Source: Leptogorgia sarmentosa
Lineage: Eukaryota
Reading direction: 5' to 3'
NCBI GenBank assembly: GCA_964658305.1
Contig: OZ210885.1
Coordinates: 13,516,001-13,580,000 of the forward strand
DNA: 64,000 bases
Shown here: in pieces, positions 37,138 through 52,634 of the stretch
Numbering within the stretch: the stretch's first letter is position 1
Layout: each line of letters begins with the position of its first letter
Made by a program: the position numbers and the translations under genes
The notes under the pieces: generated by a model
The model's input: the letters and a program-made list of their open reading frames with translations, nothing else
Databases searched by the model: none
What the model was told of the DNA's origin: nothing

Positions 37138-37953
37138 TTCCCCGAGCCACGGCGCGAAGCGCCGTCCGGGCGTTAGCCCGGGGCGAGGGTAATAATTCTG
37201 CACGGCGGAGTCCAAAGTTGCTCGATTTGGCGGCCATTTTGGGTTACTGTGTATGGGTGGTCATCACTGATCTCAAAATTATGCTGGACTATCATGACGA
37301 GCCGAAGCTTTTTGAAGGCTTAAAGCTTTTGGAAAGGCGAAAATAAAGACAAGATCTACGCTGTAGGACTTGAAAAGCCTTCTCAGAAGATATAAAACGC
37401 TGAGAAAGGGGATCAAACGACTACGGATTGAAACACAAGATAAGTTCGTCAATATGTTGCCGGCAGTGAACTTTTGTTTTGCGTATTTACTATCTACAGT
37501 CTACTATTTGTATGAAAATGAAACGTCGCCGTAGCCGCATTTAATCTAATCACGGCTCAATTCCAGAGTATAAGTTTATCGTTTTAAAGGCAATACTTCA
37601 CAAAATATTTACAAACTTTACCCCAAAAGAGCACGAGCGAATATTGGCTGGAAATTGTTTCATATCAAAGACTGACTTGTATATTTAAAACGTTTTATAC
37701 AAATAAATGTAGTATTTCGCACCAAATTCAAGTTTATATTAGTCTTAATAACGTACGGATAACAAATGGTTCTCCAAATTAAAAAAAATGCCAATAAAAC
37801 AAAGATAAAAGCTGATATTTTGACTGTTTTCAAAAAAATACAGAAATAGGAATTTCCGATCGTGTTGCCATGACAACAACCTCAGGCAGCCTTTGAAGTA
37901 CTTCATGTTCCAAAAATATAGTTGCATTAATTGGTTAGTAAGGCGAGGGGTTA
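37138..37953. mobile_element. Unclassified ~815-bp repeat element; second copy at 52393-54666
   Basis: Starts ccccgagccacggcgcgaagcgccgtcc and ends aaggcgaggggtta; absent from the paralogous intron at ~14765. Confidence 0.7.
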
Positions 37954-38139
37954 CTGCATGTATGTATTTCTAGTAAATAGCCTCAAATCTCGCCCGGTGA
38001 TGCTTTGCATCATTGTAGTAATAAAAAATTTAATAACGCAACAATTGTCACGACCCTTTGTTACGCGTTTGGTGGAGTTATCGTGAGCGTTGGAGTTCAC
38101 GACGACAAGTCCCCGCACAGAATGTTGACGAGTTAGGGG

Positions 38140-38420
38140 CCGATAACATGGAGCATTTTCAACCCCGGGGTTTAAGTCAGCCTGTTGACAGGGGTTGAAA
38201 ATGCCTCCACGTGACACCCATCTTGAAGTCATAAATATGCGCTACTACGCATGCTCACATAATTTCAACCCAGGGCTGACACGATGGCAAAATTTCAACC
38301 CCGGGTGTAGTTTTAACCCAGGGCTGAAGTTTCATCCTAGGTTTGCCAAAATAGGTTGAAATTTCAACCCCGGGGTTTAAGTCAGCCCTGTTGACAGGGG
38401 TTGAAAATGCCCGCACGTGA
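38140..38420. repeat. MITE-like repeat with iterated ttcaaccc(c)ggg motifs
   Basis: cattttcaaccccggggtttaagtcagcc(c)tgttgacaggggttgaaaatg occurs twice, with internal half copies. Confidence 0.6.
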
Positions 38421-38546
38421 ATGTTTTTTTCTATAGTTTTCCAATGTTATTCACTCGAACCCTTCAGCTGATACTCGATGAATTACGCGATCACTCCTTA
38501 TGCAATTGAGATTAGAAAATAAAATAATAACAATGAAATTATTTAC

Positions 38547-38796
38547 CTAATATAGCCACAAGGTTGCCAGAATTGTTAATTCTTAACACTTTCTCCGCTT
38601 CCTTTATATACAAAGAAGTGCTGCTTTCTTCCTCGTTGTTCAAGTTCCACTTTGTCATTCTCTCTAAAACTTCAGTAGTAAATTCCTTCTTATGAGCACA
38701 AAAAAGAGAGTTGTGGACCACGCGAATTGTTTGGATTCTCCCCAAGAAGATGTATTCGTAACTATGCACGACTCCATTTTCATTTACCCGATCAAT
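38547..38796 (-). CDS. WD40-repeat gene exon (250 nt)
   Basis: AG/GT, phase 0 to 1; IDRVNENGVVHSY...KVLRINNSGNLVAIL. Confidence 0.8.
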
Positions 38797-41700
38797 CTGT
38801 CAAAATTATCAAAAAACTGCTCAATATAACGTCCTTCCATTAAATATTTTCTCACCAATTCACAAAACGTTATTCAGTTATAAATAGTTGTTATTATGTA
38901 TTTCGAATTCGTGATTCCGATTCGGAAGCGTAATTTTCAGAATCGAAATTCTTGAATTTGTTTTACATAATATAGGTATTTTAAATGAATGAAGGCAAGG
39001 GGGTAAATCATGAAGATGGGGGGGGGGGGTGAAACACGTGACCTACTTTTTCGCCTGTGGGGATGGATGTGTTATCCCCTCACTTTTTAACAGTAAATTC
39101 ACGGACGATCTATCAAGTAAACTGTCCTTTATGTGTGTAAACCTAAATGAAGTGTTGCTTTTCGTAATTACAATGCAAATGTAAATTTCATCATTCACGT
39201 TTATTAGAACAATTCTTGCTAAATTATTGCAATATGCGCGGAAAACGAGTGCAATTTTGCCAAACACGGGTGCAATTTTTCATGAATACTTTGCGACAAA
39301 ATGTAATTTACTAATAGCGTCACTTGTATATCACACAGTTACACAGTGCGCAAAGTCAAACAAAAATTAAGAAAACCAAAAATGTTAACGTTGTTTTACA
39401 AGGTTGTTTTTCCAATTTTTAACGTTGGGCCAATCAGCGTCAACGTAATTGACTAAAATCAATACGAACATGAAAATCAACTCTATTCACAATGTTGATG
39501 TCTATTATTTCCTTGCTAAAAAATCCTTATTGCGCACCGGGTAAAGTTGCTACGCATGCAATGAAGGTTACAGGTGAACAATTAAGCAAGTTCGTTAATT
39601 AATATAATTCGCTTCATAATGAAAGCCATCATCAAATAAAGTACACGCATGAGGACTCTGACATTACTAAACCCTGAATTTAGTCTTTTCCATTCGAGCA
39701 ATTTCAACAGATTTTGACCTTGCATGTTATACTATATTAAGACCACAATACCTATACATCTACACTCTACCTTCTATTTAGGCTTATTTAGGCTTAAATT
39801 ACATTCATAAAAAAATAAACATTTTCAATCCATGCCATGGAGCAAAATTGGAATTCGCCTGTTTGTGTGAGTTTATGACTTCTGGTGGGCAAGATACTTT
39901 GGATGATTGACTGTCATTCATTTTTACTTGCGCCATCCTTTGTTCTAGGAAACTTTGTATCCATAATCAAAAGCTCTTTCTTGTATTCATTTAAGCGTGT
40001 CTTCTCTTGACAGGGACTTTTGAGAATTGGATTGCGAATTTTCTGTTGTAATTTAGGCAAACATCCGAGCATGCATAAAATTAATTGCTCATCACTCAGG
40101 AAACAGCGGAAAAGTTTTCGGACATCTCTGTGGCTTATATCAGCGTGCACCAAATTTCTCGAAGCTCGATAATATAACCTATTCTCCGTATACAGTATTG
40201 ACCCGATTAAATCAAATCGCATCAATTATCTTCGTTTTTTTTTGTGACAGCTATTAACGTGCCTTAGATTTTAAAATAAATTGAGTTCCAGATGTACCAA
40301 AAATCGAAAACTACGGCCGCATAAAACATGCAGCTAAATTAGTAAAATCTTTACATAAAGAAAGGAGATTACACTTAAAATTCAGAAGCGGCCACTAGGG
40401 AAGACCCTCGACAGAACGAATCGCGAATGGCGCAGTGATAACGCCAAGATCCGTCAATATGTTTTTAGCTCAGTTACACCAATATTGCGTGCTAACTAGG
40501 AGTTACTATCGCAAGGAATGTGCTGCTGTTGTGCTCAAACTTTAAAATCCCGGGCGGTTATAGAATACCCGTCCACTTTTGAAACAGTGACTTGTTATCG
40601 TAATACGATCATACGAAGTCAAAATAATCACGCAATGTAATGTATCCGAGTTTTTAAAAAGCCTGGGCAAGATACGTTTTTTCGCAATACGATGACACGA
40701 AGTGAAACCATCCATCCATCCTTTAAAACGCTTTTCGGATAGTGATCGCAGTTTTTTTACCCCCGATTCCCGACGTCAGGTAAATGCGATTTATGTTGTC
40801 AAAATACACCAAAATAGCGGCAGCTTGCAATAAACCTTTTGTTAATTTAATTTAAAAATGAATGTTTATGAGTGCAATGGTAAGAATATTCGCCGGGTTG
40901 AATGGAACATTCCATTTTTCACCGAATGAAAATATTTTTACCATTGCACGAAATGAACATTCATTATTTGTTTTATACATTGAACAATATATAACTGGAA
41001 GCCTACCTTCATATTAACGGGAACGTAAAAAATGAAGCCAAAATTTTGCGTGGAATTACCCCCAGACACGCGTGTCTGGGGGTAATTTCACGCGAGTTCA
41101 GCTGCGTGACATTCTCGCTTGTTCGGAAAACAAAGAATGATTTGTTTTGGCCGTGTTTACATTGCGTGAGAAGATTGGGGCCGATATTGCATATTTTGGC
41201 TTCATATTTCCGGCCGGAAGTAGCCTTCCAGTTTTATTTAGTTCAATGGTTTTATATGACACCAAAATAAATCATTGACCGGAAATACCCGACATTTTGT
41301 TTTGTTAGTTTACTAAATAAAATTCCATCGCTACATGGTCGCGCCACGTCATGGATTCGCCTATAAATGCGTGCTAAAATAACATTTTGAGTGATTGAAA
41401 ATAATTAAAACCACCGTGCAATGGAAAGAAATATTTGCACGGTTCCATCGCACGATCATGAAAATGGAATTTCTATTTTATATCATCGTAGGTGATTAAT
41501 TGTTAAGTAGGAAACAACCTTTGCGAATAGAATCGAGCAAAACCTCGTCAATTTACGACAGCTTTAGAACTCGGCAAAGTTATTTTACTGTTCTCAAAAT
41601 GTATTTTATACAAAAAACACATGATGGTGGGAAAAAGAAGTTGTGGTGCCTTCGCATCTCGAAATTTGTTCGGTGTATGCCCTGACATAGAAGCTTTTTT

Positions 41701-42198
41701 TCCGTAGAAAATGTTATTTATCACGACCATTATAAACGAATTAATAATGAAAAATTTGTTTTAACCTGATCACTCTATTTCTTGCCGCCATGTTATTCGC
41801 AAATATATATTTTAATAAGAACTGTCTTCGCATAGTTTAATTTTAAAGGTTTTACCGTCTTCTTGGCACAAAATAGTATTAGTATAGCTTAGGGTTATTG
41901 CATCTCACACATTTCTGGTAATGAAACAAACATCCAGCAAGAAAAAAACTATTCATTTGGTTGAATTCTTCCAGATATGGTTTGAACAATGGGGATTTTT
42001 TTTCGATTTTGCCTCCCAATTTTCAAAATGAAGATTGGGACGAAGTTAATTTGCAATAATTCTAGAAACGCTTCATAATGTGTATGTGCATGTGCTATTT
42101 TAAATCATGAAATTTGAATTGCAGCTCAACCTACAACAAGTAGCTAACACGTCCAAAAATAACATTTGAAAATCTCGTTTGGAAAATGATATACATAC

Positions 42199-42800
42199 CT
42201 TTTTGCCAGAAGCAACTATGATATCATCCGAGCAGGGCACGAATTCTAACGCCTTAATGGGATCCGAACAAATGTTGTCATGTGACCATATTAACGTCGG
42301 CAAGTTTTCTTCAACATTCCAAAGCTTCACAGACCCACCGATAGACCCCGATGCAAAGCGACGTGAACGATCATGACCTCCCACCTCCCCTTTAACTTGA
42401 GAAATGGCATCCTCGTGTGCTGCGAATATCAACTGCGAGTTATTGTTAAGATGGAACCATAACAGTTCTTCGTCATCACAACCAAGCAATGCATAGTTTG
42501 AACCAAGAGCAGTAATGCAGGTGACTTTAACTTCTGGTTGACCCAAATTAATGCTGGCCTCGATATCATTAAAAGTTCTTAGTTCGATCCTGTTTGCCTC
42601 GTCAACAAAAACGAACCGGACATCATTACTTAATAAGCAGACAAAACGTATGGCGACTCCAGATTCGGTCTTTGCGAATTGAACTATTTTAGAACACTCT
42701 ATGTCGACCAGTGACAATGTCCCTGAACTGCTTCCAGACAAAGCAAATTTCCCATCCGATGTGATGTCAATTGCTGTAACTATCGAGTCGTCAGGGTGAC
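42199..42800 (-). CDS. WD40-repeat gene exon (602 nt)
   Basis: AG/GT, phase 1 to 0; GHPDDSIVTAIDITSDGKFALSGSSSGTLSLVD...SVKLWN...ASGKK. Confidence 0.88.
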
Positions 42801-44767
42801 CTGAAAGAAGTAAAACGTTTAATTAAAGTTATCTAAAGTTGTCAAGTATATCAGTTGATATTTCATAAGTACAGCAAATCAGTGAATAACACAAATTACC
42901 ATAAACGTTTACGCCGGGCTCCGCTTTTTGCGAGTAATACTCAAAGAAATTAACTTATAATTTTGATGGGGGAACAACATATTTTTCGGAAAGATAAGCT
43001 TGAAATTCGAATTTCAGGATACTTAGACAACAATCGATCATTGTTCAAATCTTTTAGCTTGAACGAGTGGCTTTTGAATTCGTTTCATCATCTTGAATGT
43101 TTTAGCGATCTACAGCCACTCTGATTTTCAAGTTGCAAAATCAATAAAGTCTACTGTGTTATCGGAACAGTCGTGTACGTTTAGTATTGAACTGAGGTTT
43201 ATTTATCACCAATATGTCCCAAAAGTAAAACTGTTTGGTACCAAAATGTGGAGCGAGAAAGGATTTTTCTCGAGGTGCAGCCTTTTCCTATAGAAATGTA
43301 TTGAGTCCGAGACTCTATTCATCAGCAAACGCGCTTTGCCAAAAAGCAACGCGTTAAAATTTAAATTCAGAATGGCTGAGACTTCTTACGAGGAGAGATG
43401 CGTGTTGAAAAAAGTCGGATGATTTAGATGGTTTCGACAGTTGGACTATGTTTCTCAGTACCAGCTGTTTTTGGCATTTTGATTTTGATGAGAAAACGCT
43501 GAGGGATATCGGGGGGTATGGATGAACTCTGAGGACATTGTTCGTACAGCCGTTGGGAAGATAGTGCGGGCTCAAATGTCCGCGAATTCTGGCTATGGTG
43601 CGGACTAACAATAGCGCTATATATCAAAATAAGTATATTGTGGTAAAAGAAACGGTTAACCAGCAGTGATTCACGCTGTTACCTTTTGGCAAATACTTTC
43701 AGTTTTATTTTTCCAAGACAAGTGCACGTCAATTGTTAACCGGATTGTTTTGCATTCATAACCTTGTTTGAGATGTTTATATTGAATGAAAATAATGTCA
43801 TGGAATAAGAAATACTTCTTAACATAGGTGTGGAGCCAATTTATATAAAATCTGTCCTAATAGTCCATCTTGTCTTTATATAAAATCTTTATATACTTAG
43901 TTTTGTCGTGAATTATTGCATGCCGAGCAGGTTCAGACAAAACACTCTGTTACACTCAGATCTTTAACAAATGGGACAAATTACATACAATTACGTTTTT
44001 TCTTTTTTTTCCAAGATCGCATTGTTTTCAGTAGCAGATCGTCATCATGCAGTTTTACGAACAATGCAGTTTAAGGATTAAGGTAAGTTGCGCGATAATG
44101 GAAATCGTAGACGGTCAAACTCATCACTGACAGTCGAATGGATAATTTATTTTTAACTGGATCCCGCATTTTTAACAGCAGGATGACCCAGGAAATACAA
44201 TATTGGCGTCAAAAATGACTGGAACTACAGAATTGGGGCTCGTAGTTGGGGTCCTTTATAGCACTTCCAAACAGTGAGATAACTGAACTAATCTTGATAA
44301 GGTCAAAATTAAATATACATAACATATAATGCAAATAAATTGAAAAGGATGACGGGAAAAAATTCTTGATCAGCTAAAAATGCATTGAGATTTACATTCA
44401 CCGCAGCAACGATGTGCTGCAAATCCTATAGGGTTTCTATATATCACAGCAATCTTGTAGCTTTGGTATTCTTTCTCTACATGCAACACGACCTAAATAA
44501 TGCATATCAGCTTGTAGATACTCGCGATGAAACCGTTTTCATTGTATTGTTCGTAATCAGAAAATAGCATGTGAAGCCATAACAATTTCTTAAATCGAAT
44601 CCAATACTAATTTGAATGCACTGTCTTTTTCGGAGAAATATATTGTCAACTAAAACGGATATTTCACAAACATAAATTTTGCGTGTATAAAGATAGTACA
44701 ATACCCTGTAGTCGCATCAATGACTTAAAAGTATTTAGAAGTTTCAAATATTCCTTCATTTACCCAC

Positions 44768-45206
44768 CTGCATTATGCTCGACCAAACTATCAGTTGACA
44801 GTTTCCCGTGGAAAAACAGGTTTTTGTGCACGGATGTCATCAGCAGATGATTATTCTGAAGCGACCCAAATAATACTATTTTGCCGTCGGGTGATATTAC
44901 TGGTGGGACGCTCGACCCTTGACGAACAGTCGATACTTGTAGTGAGTCGAGATTGATTTCACAAGTATGCATATCCCCGCTGCATGTGTAAATCGTGTTG
45001 CGATCGCATGCTAATTCCACTGTGTAGGACGCGGGTAAAATGACTTCTTTCAAAGACGCATCAGGCTTTTGCCAGTCCCAGATGAACACATGGTTATCTT
45101 TGCATCCAATTATAACTTGCAACCCATCAGAACTAAAGCGAACTATCTCAGGTGTGCCATCGCTATCAAATTCATTGATCACACTGCCATCAGACAAATT
45201 CCATAC
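44768..45206 (-). CDS. WD40-repeat gene exon (439 nt)
   Basis: AG/GT, phase 0 to 1; VWNLSDG...FSSDGLQVIIGCKDNHVFIWDW. Confidence 0.88.
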
Positions 45207-45344
45207 CTTGAAAATAAAAGGAAAAGTTTTTCTCTGTGATACGCAAGAAACGCTTTAAACTTGTGACTACATTGATTTTAGCAAAACTAATTATGAATAT
45301 AATAACTAACACGCACATGAATGACTTTGTAAATAGGTTTAATT

Positions 45345-45850
45345 AAGAAATAGATAACGAGTCGCGTGCCATTATGCTGTTATAATGCACGAGGGAAATG
45401 TTGGGAGAATACGAGAGAATCGCGTAAAACACGAGGCGTAGCCGAGTGTTTTACGCGATTCTCGAGTATTCTCACAACATTGCCCGAGTGCAATTATAAC
45501 AGCATAATGGCACGCGACGAGTTTTTCTATTTCTTTTATAATATAAGAGAATATTAGCGCAACAAAAAAACTTCGTTAGGAAGATCAAAATTACAATTCT
45601 CTTTACATGTAATCAAGCGTGTTCTCAAATGTTGCGAAGCAGCAACACAGCTTTATTCCTTTAGCTGAGCGAAAGCAAACAATTCAAGCGTTTTTTATGG
45701 ATGTATTTTCAGTATATATGTATTTTTATTGTCTTTTTTGTCAAACCAAAAAGTCGCGGGAGAAATTTAATATCTAGATGCGTGCATTACGCTGTTATAA
45801 TGCACGCTCATTAGCCAATCACGTTGCAGATTTTACCCTACTTATATTAT
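45345..45850. mobile_element. Hairpin element with a CCAAT-containing distal end
   Basis: ~90-bp arms around cgaggcgtagccgag (45432); agccaatc...ttatattataa near 45815-45850. Confidence 0.65.
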
Positions 45851-48800
45851 AATTAGTTATATTATGCGTACTACTTGAAGCGACTTTAAACCGGAAGTTA
45901 TGCAGTTTTTAAGGATTGGGATAGAGCACAACAAATTAGTTAATACGTTCTAGATTAGGTTTTACGTTTTAATTTCCGAGATATACGTATTAAGAACAGA
46001 CCTAGAATATGACTGGACAAAGCTTCGGAAATGCATAAATGAACCAAATGTGCCCATATTGGTAACACCATCTAAAATCCACTGTGGTGCTTTTGAAGTT
46101 CCTGCAGTTTTAGGTTATTACTTGAAATATTTATTAAACATTGCCTGAATAAATTTCCTCCAAAAATTGTGTCTTTTTCCTTTTAAATTTGCCCGTGAAT
46201 AACTAATGAGGTCACACGAAGATGTACGCTGTGTGATTCTTTACAAAGCTGTTAAAACGTTCTAAAAAGCACTAGAAAAGTTATGACCAGCTCTGTGTAT
46301 GTCTTAAACTGCAAAAGACATTTTCTTTATAATCCCACCATGAATGTTGCGATACCATTTATGGAAATTGCGATCAATGTCACTCATTTTAGAATCTTAT
46401 CTCATTAGAAATTTTCTAACTTCTAAATTCCAGACTGAATCCAAAAGGATGATAAATCCGGTAGTACGAGATCAGTGGATATAAAGGCTGGAAAGCACAT
46501 TACTCTCAGTAACACAATCTTTGTAATGATTTTGTTCAATTTATGTCTTCATACTTTATTTATGCATTTAACAGTTTAACTACATGTATACAACCTCGTG
46601 ACTAAAGCTACTGGAGAAAGTTTGCCTGGTTTGCTTGAGTTCAGGAGTCTATTGGAGTGTTCGTTAGACTAATAATGGAACGGCCATGCAACGGTGGCCA
46701 ACTGTGGAGAAGTCAGATAGGGCTAGTCAAGATACTTGTTAGCAAATATTTCAACCGTTGTTAAAATGCTCGGGAAGGTATAAAATCGCAGATACGGAGC
46801 AGGCAAATGATCAACTAGGGATCCAAGGATAGTGCAAAGTTTCCGAGAAGACATTAAAGTCGTATTTTTTAAAAGAAAACTAAGGAAACATTGTAGACGT
46901 GATACGAGAAAATAATCACTATTTTATTGTCAGGAAGTAACTGACAATCGCAGCAGCGCGCGTGTTAAAAGCAGAGTGTTAAAAGCAAATCAAATAAATC
47001 TCTGACCTTTTTAAAATTATAACACATCGTACAGAACAAATTAATGATCTTAAATGAGTTAAATCATAAAGTGCACGCTACTTCTGCGTCTTAATAAAAT
47101 ATCCAGTTTATTTGCAGTATCAGGCCAACGTTAAATTTACTTTTGTATGCCTATATGTGGTTTAGTTCATTTAGTATCGAAAATTCTGTAAATCCCCGAT
47201 ATGTCGTGTAAACAAACAACCCAAGCTTAGTGAAGCCGTCGACTCTTCATACCAGTGTTGTCGAGTCATATAGTCGCATTACAAAGCAACAAGGGGCAAC
47301 TGACTGAGTTTAATTGTAGTAAATTATTCTTTTACATGAGAAGTACATTAGTAAATGAATGGCAATACCGCGAGGCGACGAAGAGTAGCAGACGGCGAAA
47401 ACAAACACGAAAGCTATAAATGCGAAAGCTCGCAAATATGTTGCCTATCATCAACCGATTTAATATTATGGCCATCTTTTTGTGACAAGTTCTACTGTGT
47501 TACACATCTAAGTTTGCCCGCTATTTGCGAATTGCGATGGCAATGTCGGCCAGTGGCGTGCTGGCAGAGGGGGCCGGGGGCCATGGCCCCCCCCAGTGAA
47601 CTTTTTTATGGGGCGCCAAAGTTGCATAATGGGCGCCATATTTGTCCCCAAAAAGAAAAACAATTACAAAACAAATGAAAAGTCGTAATGAGTTCCATTT
47701 TATGCCTACTTTCGTGGACATAATAGAGATTTGACAACAGTTTGCGATGACCCCTGGCTGTACATTTAATTAATTCGTTAAAATCTTGCAGATTAGTGCA
47801 CACGACACAATCACACAAGCAGGACTTCGACACAACGCTTATACAAATACCGCACGCTCTAATACTACACAAACGTTCCAGTTGCCGCGGGTCTGGGGGT
47901 TAAGGGGAGGGGGGGGGGCATAGACGTACGAGGCGGGGGGGGGCATAGACGTACGAGGCGGGGGGGGGGGGAGGGGGGCAACTGCTCCCCGCAAAAAATT
48001 TCAAATTGGAAAATTCGGGCAGTTGTTTTGAGCATAATTCGGGCAAAAATCTGAGGAATAAGGTAATGTCAACAATCCTCCAGTCGTTCATCTGAATGAG
48101 CGTACCAAGAAAGCGGAGTTAGGACTCTGAAATCGCTGTTTCCGGTAATCCAGAGGTTGTAAAAGTTCAAAAATTTCTCGCTCGGCGCCAACCATGGTGG
48201 CGCCTCGTGATATTCGCTACCCTCAAATTCGGGCAGTTAACAGTATAGCTATTTTAAATTGTGCATGACGAGCCAAATACAAGTTTTCTACTAACAATGA
48301 TAATAAATTCAAATCTCTAGATTCATTGCTGATATATAAAGAACATTTTAACCGCTTTATCAACGTATTCAAACATGTTGGCCACATTATATTATCATCA
48401 TAGTGAATTACTGATTCACGGTCCCACTCTTAGCGTCCGCCATATTGTGTAATTTCATTCCCCAGAATTGTGCTGAGTTGCAATTTTTGCAAAAACTGAA
48501 ATTCCGGAGGGGCCTTCCGCCATTGTGTACTGTATTCCTGCGCTTCTTTGATCACATTTCTCATCTAACTAACGTTCGTATCGATGAGAACAACTGCAAA
48601 TAATGATGAGCAATGATATATAACTGCAATCGAATCATTTTTGTTCAAACATTTCAAGGAAATCGGTACACTACGGAGTTTCGCACATCAACAGAATTTG
48701 GGACGCTCCCCCCGGAGTTTACACTGTGACTGAATGACTGAATGACTGAATGACTGATGTGAATTTTCCCCACTCATCACAATACTGCAAAGTTTCGAAG

Positions 48801-50794
48801 AAACTTTGCACTAAAAAGAATATTCAACTTCAAAATATTTAAGTTTTATTCGCGTCAGAGTTTTAACGGGTTGTTTTAGGAAATTCAACAAAGAGCAACA
48901 GTCTTGCTCACTACCTAAACGATAGAAACAGATTTAACGTTTCGATGAAACGTCCTTCCTCAGGAATTGGTGTGTTCACTAACGTAGTTATTCAGTGCAT
49001 GGCGCAATCTTACATGTGAACAACCATCCCTTTACAGGAACGTTATAAATTGTAAACTGCATGAGACCTCCTCCATTACACGAGCGGGGGGAGTTGAAAC
49101 TTGATTTCTTTCACCAGTTGACAAGTATTACTATTTACGCATGCGTTGTCCACAATGAATTTTTCCACGATTCTTGCCCCATCTTGTCATCGATAATATA
49201 CAGTATTATCTCGAGCTTCATATTAATTGGACTATATCAAATGTCAATTAGACATATCTATAGGTACAGATCTTGAACAATATATATCTTGTGTCGCATC
49301 ACCAAAATGCAAACTCGTACATGACAGAACTTCAGCATTCAATAAGTTGTTGCTGGGTCTTCCAGCAACACAAAATAGATAGTAAGTGTCTTTCCCGTAT
49401 AGATGACAAATTGCATGGTGGGGATTTTAGTAATGGGGGTATTTTACGATCGGGTTAATCTGCTTCCAGATTATCTAACTACATACAATACAAATAAAAG
49501 TTGTATTTATAGTACTCAGTTGTGTTGGTAGTGGCTTTATTAACAGGCAGCAAAGAGTCTACTCTCCACCTAAATAATATAAACAGATTTTACGTTTCGA
49601 GCAGAGGCCCTTCGCTGGGATCGAATAGTGTGTTACACTAATTCCCGACGAGGGCCTTTTGCGGGATACGTCAAATCCATTTGTATATCCCTTATACGTA
49701 TTGAGTAGACCTTTATTTGTTGTTGATGTTGCCATCTGCTACCTACACTGGTCACATATTCATATACTTCAATTATTATCTATCATGGGTTAGGTGAACG
49801 TTGACCTGAAACCGTCCTCATATAGGTCTGAATGAAGTTGATGTATAGTTTGTCTTAAATCTTGCATGATAATCCATTCCATAACACATGGTAAATTAGT
49901 AACTTACTGAATCTGTCGAAATTTAAAGCTGTTTATGAAATTGAAAGGCAATGCTTCAATGCTCGTACTCAAAAACTCTTTTATTCCGTCCTCTGTTGAA
50001 CGTTTTAATAACTTTTAGTACTAACGCTTAGTTTTAATCAACAGTTTTTTAGAATTTTCAGTTTTTAACATTTTTACCATATCATATACCTCTGATATTT
50101 TATATGAAATAGGTAACCATGCTGTTATGCCTATGGATGTATTTCAATCTTTAAGATTGCAAAATCCAAGGTCATTAAATAATGATAATAATAATAATAA
50201 TAATAATCCATATACAGATATACAATTTTACTAGACTATTTTTAATATTAAAATATAACCTACTTCAAACGGTCATTCTTATGTTTTCTTACTATATATT
50301 ATAGGTAAATGTATATTTCTTTCGGTTCTGGTTTAAGATATGTCAGTACGAAGTCCTGGAATGGATTAAATGTGAAGTTACAGGTTTCAAAACAAAGCGC
50401 ATAACGCGGATGTCGTGCAGTTTAAGCCAGAGTTTCCCGTCCATGTATGCCTTCGATTATCTAAGGTCTGATACAAACCTTCTTTAATTTTAAGAACACA
50501 TCTGATATAACATCCGAAAATCAAAATTATAGTTTCTGCCAATCAACCGAAATCTGCGTATTACATATACTGACACTTGCACGCTGATGATTTCCTCTTT
50601 GTTTTCTTCATGAATGATTAATGCTTTTCACAAGTATATGTAGCCATGTTTTGTAAAAATTGTATACGTCCTAATAATGAATACACCGAGTCGAAACGTG
50701 GAACAAACAATTCAAAAAATTTCTTGTGTTTGGATGTTTGTATTGTTTTGTATTTCTATATGCACAGTATGACTAGTAGCCTTGTGTACTATAC

Positions 50795-50904
50795 CTTTAT
50801 CGAGGACTTCGTCGAGACCTTGAAGATATTCCCATCCTTTGACAGCGACACGACATAGCGATCATCAGCAGAGACTGCAACATGTTTTGCCCATTTAAGG
50901 TCAC
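50795..50904 (-). CDS. WD40-repeat gene small exon (110 nt; not in the ORF track)
   Basis: AG/GT, phase 1 to 0, bridging its neighbours exactly: (G)DLKWAKHVAVSADDRYVVSLSKDGNIFKVSTKSSIK|VWN. Confidence 0.82.
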
Positions 50905-52634
50905 CTATTTAATCAGGAAGGAAAAAATAATCAATCCAGAAATTGAAGTAAACATTAAAAGGATATTTTCTGTAACAGTCACAAATAGGTTGTGCATGAT
51001 CATGTTGGACGCGTTATTAAAATTAATGTAAAAATCTTTGCAATTTAAGGATTCATATATAATGAAAAGAAAAATCTTGAAGAGTGGATTAAATACTGTA
51101 TCTAATATAGCTTGATACTTTAACAAGCAGCAAAAGTTCTACTCACCAACTGAACGATATAGGCAGTTAATTTGCATGTTCTCTAACGTTTAGGTAGTAA
51201 GTAGAAATTTGTTGCTTGTTGATGTTATTATATCCGGAACCTATACAGCAGTTGTCTACCAGCATTCGATATTGCCATTTTTTTTATCATAGAAGATATT
51301 TTCATCATCACAAATGGAGATGCATTTTTTACTTGTAAAAAAATGCACACATTGAGCTATCGCAAGCACCTCCATTCATATGACGTTGCATTGATAAATA
51401 ACTTTGTAGCAATAAATTACGATGAACTACTAGACTACCATCCTTTAGATATTTATAGGAATTGTGAGAAAGAACATTAGAATGCGATACGATTTAGCGG
51501 ATTGTGAAAGTTGAGATGCAAATTTAAATTGTAATGTAATATATAATATTGTTCCCACATGCTGGACCATTTGTCAATATTTTAAATATAGCTATATAAA
51601 TTTCATAAAAAAATCTGGTTTGTATTTATTACCGATAATAGGAGGGATTTCCAAAGAAATTAATCAATGCAAAACACGATATAGGAATATTCGCGCCCTC
51701 TCACCCATTTAGCCACACCAAAATTGGGCAAATTTACACTTATTCAGTGTCCGCTGAACACTTCGGAATTTAGGAGTGTGGTCGCATATTGAACCTTATT
51801 CTAATGGCTAGACCATAAACTATCAAAAGAATGGACTGGAAACGCACGCTGAAACTGCACAACAACCGTGATACGCTTTATGTGGAACCCCGTAACTTCA
51901 CATTAAATCCATTCCTAGACTTCTTATCGACATATTTCAAACCAGAAGAGAAATGAGTGTGCAACTATTCACTGTTCAAGGCAAAAAATCACCGTTGCAA
52001 TAAGTGGTGAGAAATTTTATATCTTGATATTTTGCTTGCGTTTAGTTTGTCATTGTTGCCTTTCAGTATCAAATATTCCGTATCTCTACACTCTTGTTTA
52101 TTCTCCTGTAATAAACAAATAACTTCACAGTTGCTCGTTTGTACCGTTATTATTTAATCGTTGTGATCGCTAAGCTCACGATCGTATAAGCTAAGATCGT
52201 ATTTAGCGATCCATCACAATTGGTAAATAAAAATTGTATATACTCGCCAACCGTGAAGTAGCCAATCTCTATGTATTCTCTTTCCGTCTTAGAGAGTCCC
52301 CAAATCTCATAAATCATTTCCCTTTCGTCAATGATGCAAATAGAGATTCGCAAATAATAAAATTTGAACAAACGAGCCAACTGCGCATGAAGTAATCCCC
52401 GAGCCACGGCGCGAAGCGCCGTCCGGGCGTTAGCCTGGGGCGAGGGTAATAATTCCGCCATAGCGGCGTAGCGCCATTTTGGGTTACTGTGTATGGGTGG
52501 TCATCACTGATCTCAAAATTATGGTGGGCTATCATGAAGAGCCGAAGCTTCTTAAAGCTTTTGGGCCTTTGGAAAGGCGAAAACAAAGACAGGACCTACG
52601 CTCTAAGACTTGGAAAGCCTTCTCAGAAGATATA

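Noticed and set aside
47550..48240. G-rich tracts and cagtggcg-type ends as G-quadruplex regulators
   Set aside because: They look like fragments of common hAT-like MITE termini; I could not fix matching ends or a TSD.
48930..49680. Further hammerhead-like motifs (acgtttcg...ccttcctcagg; acgtttcgagc...cccttcgctgg)
   Set aside because: Core or helix II is degenerate; probably dead Penelope-type remnants and not callable as ribozymes.
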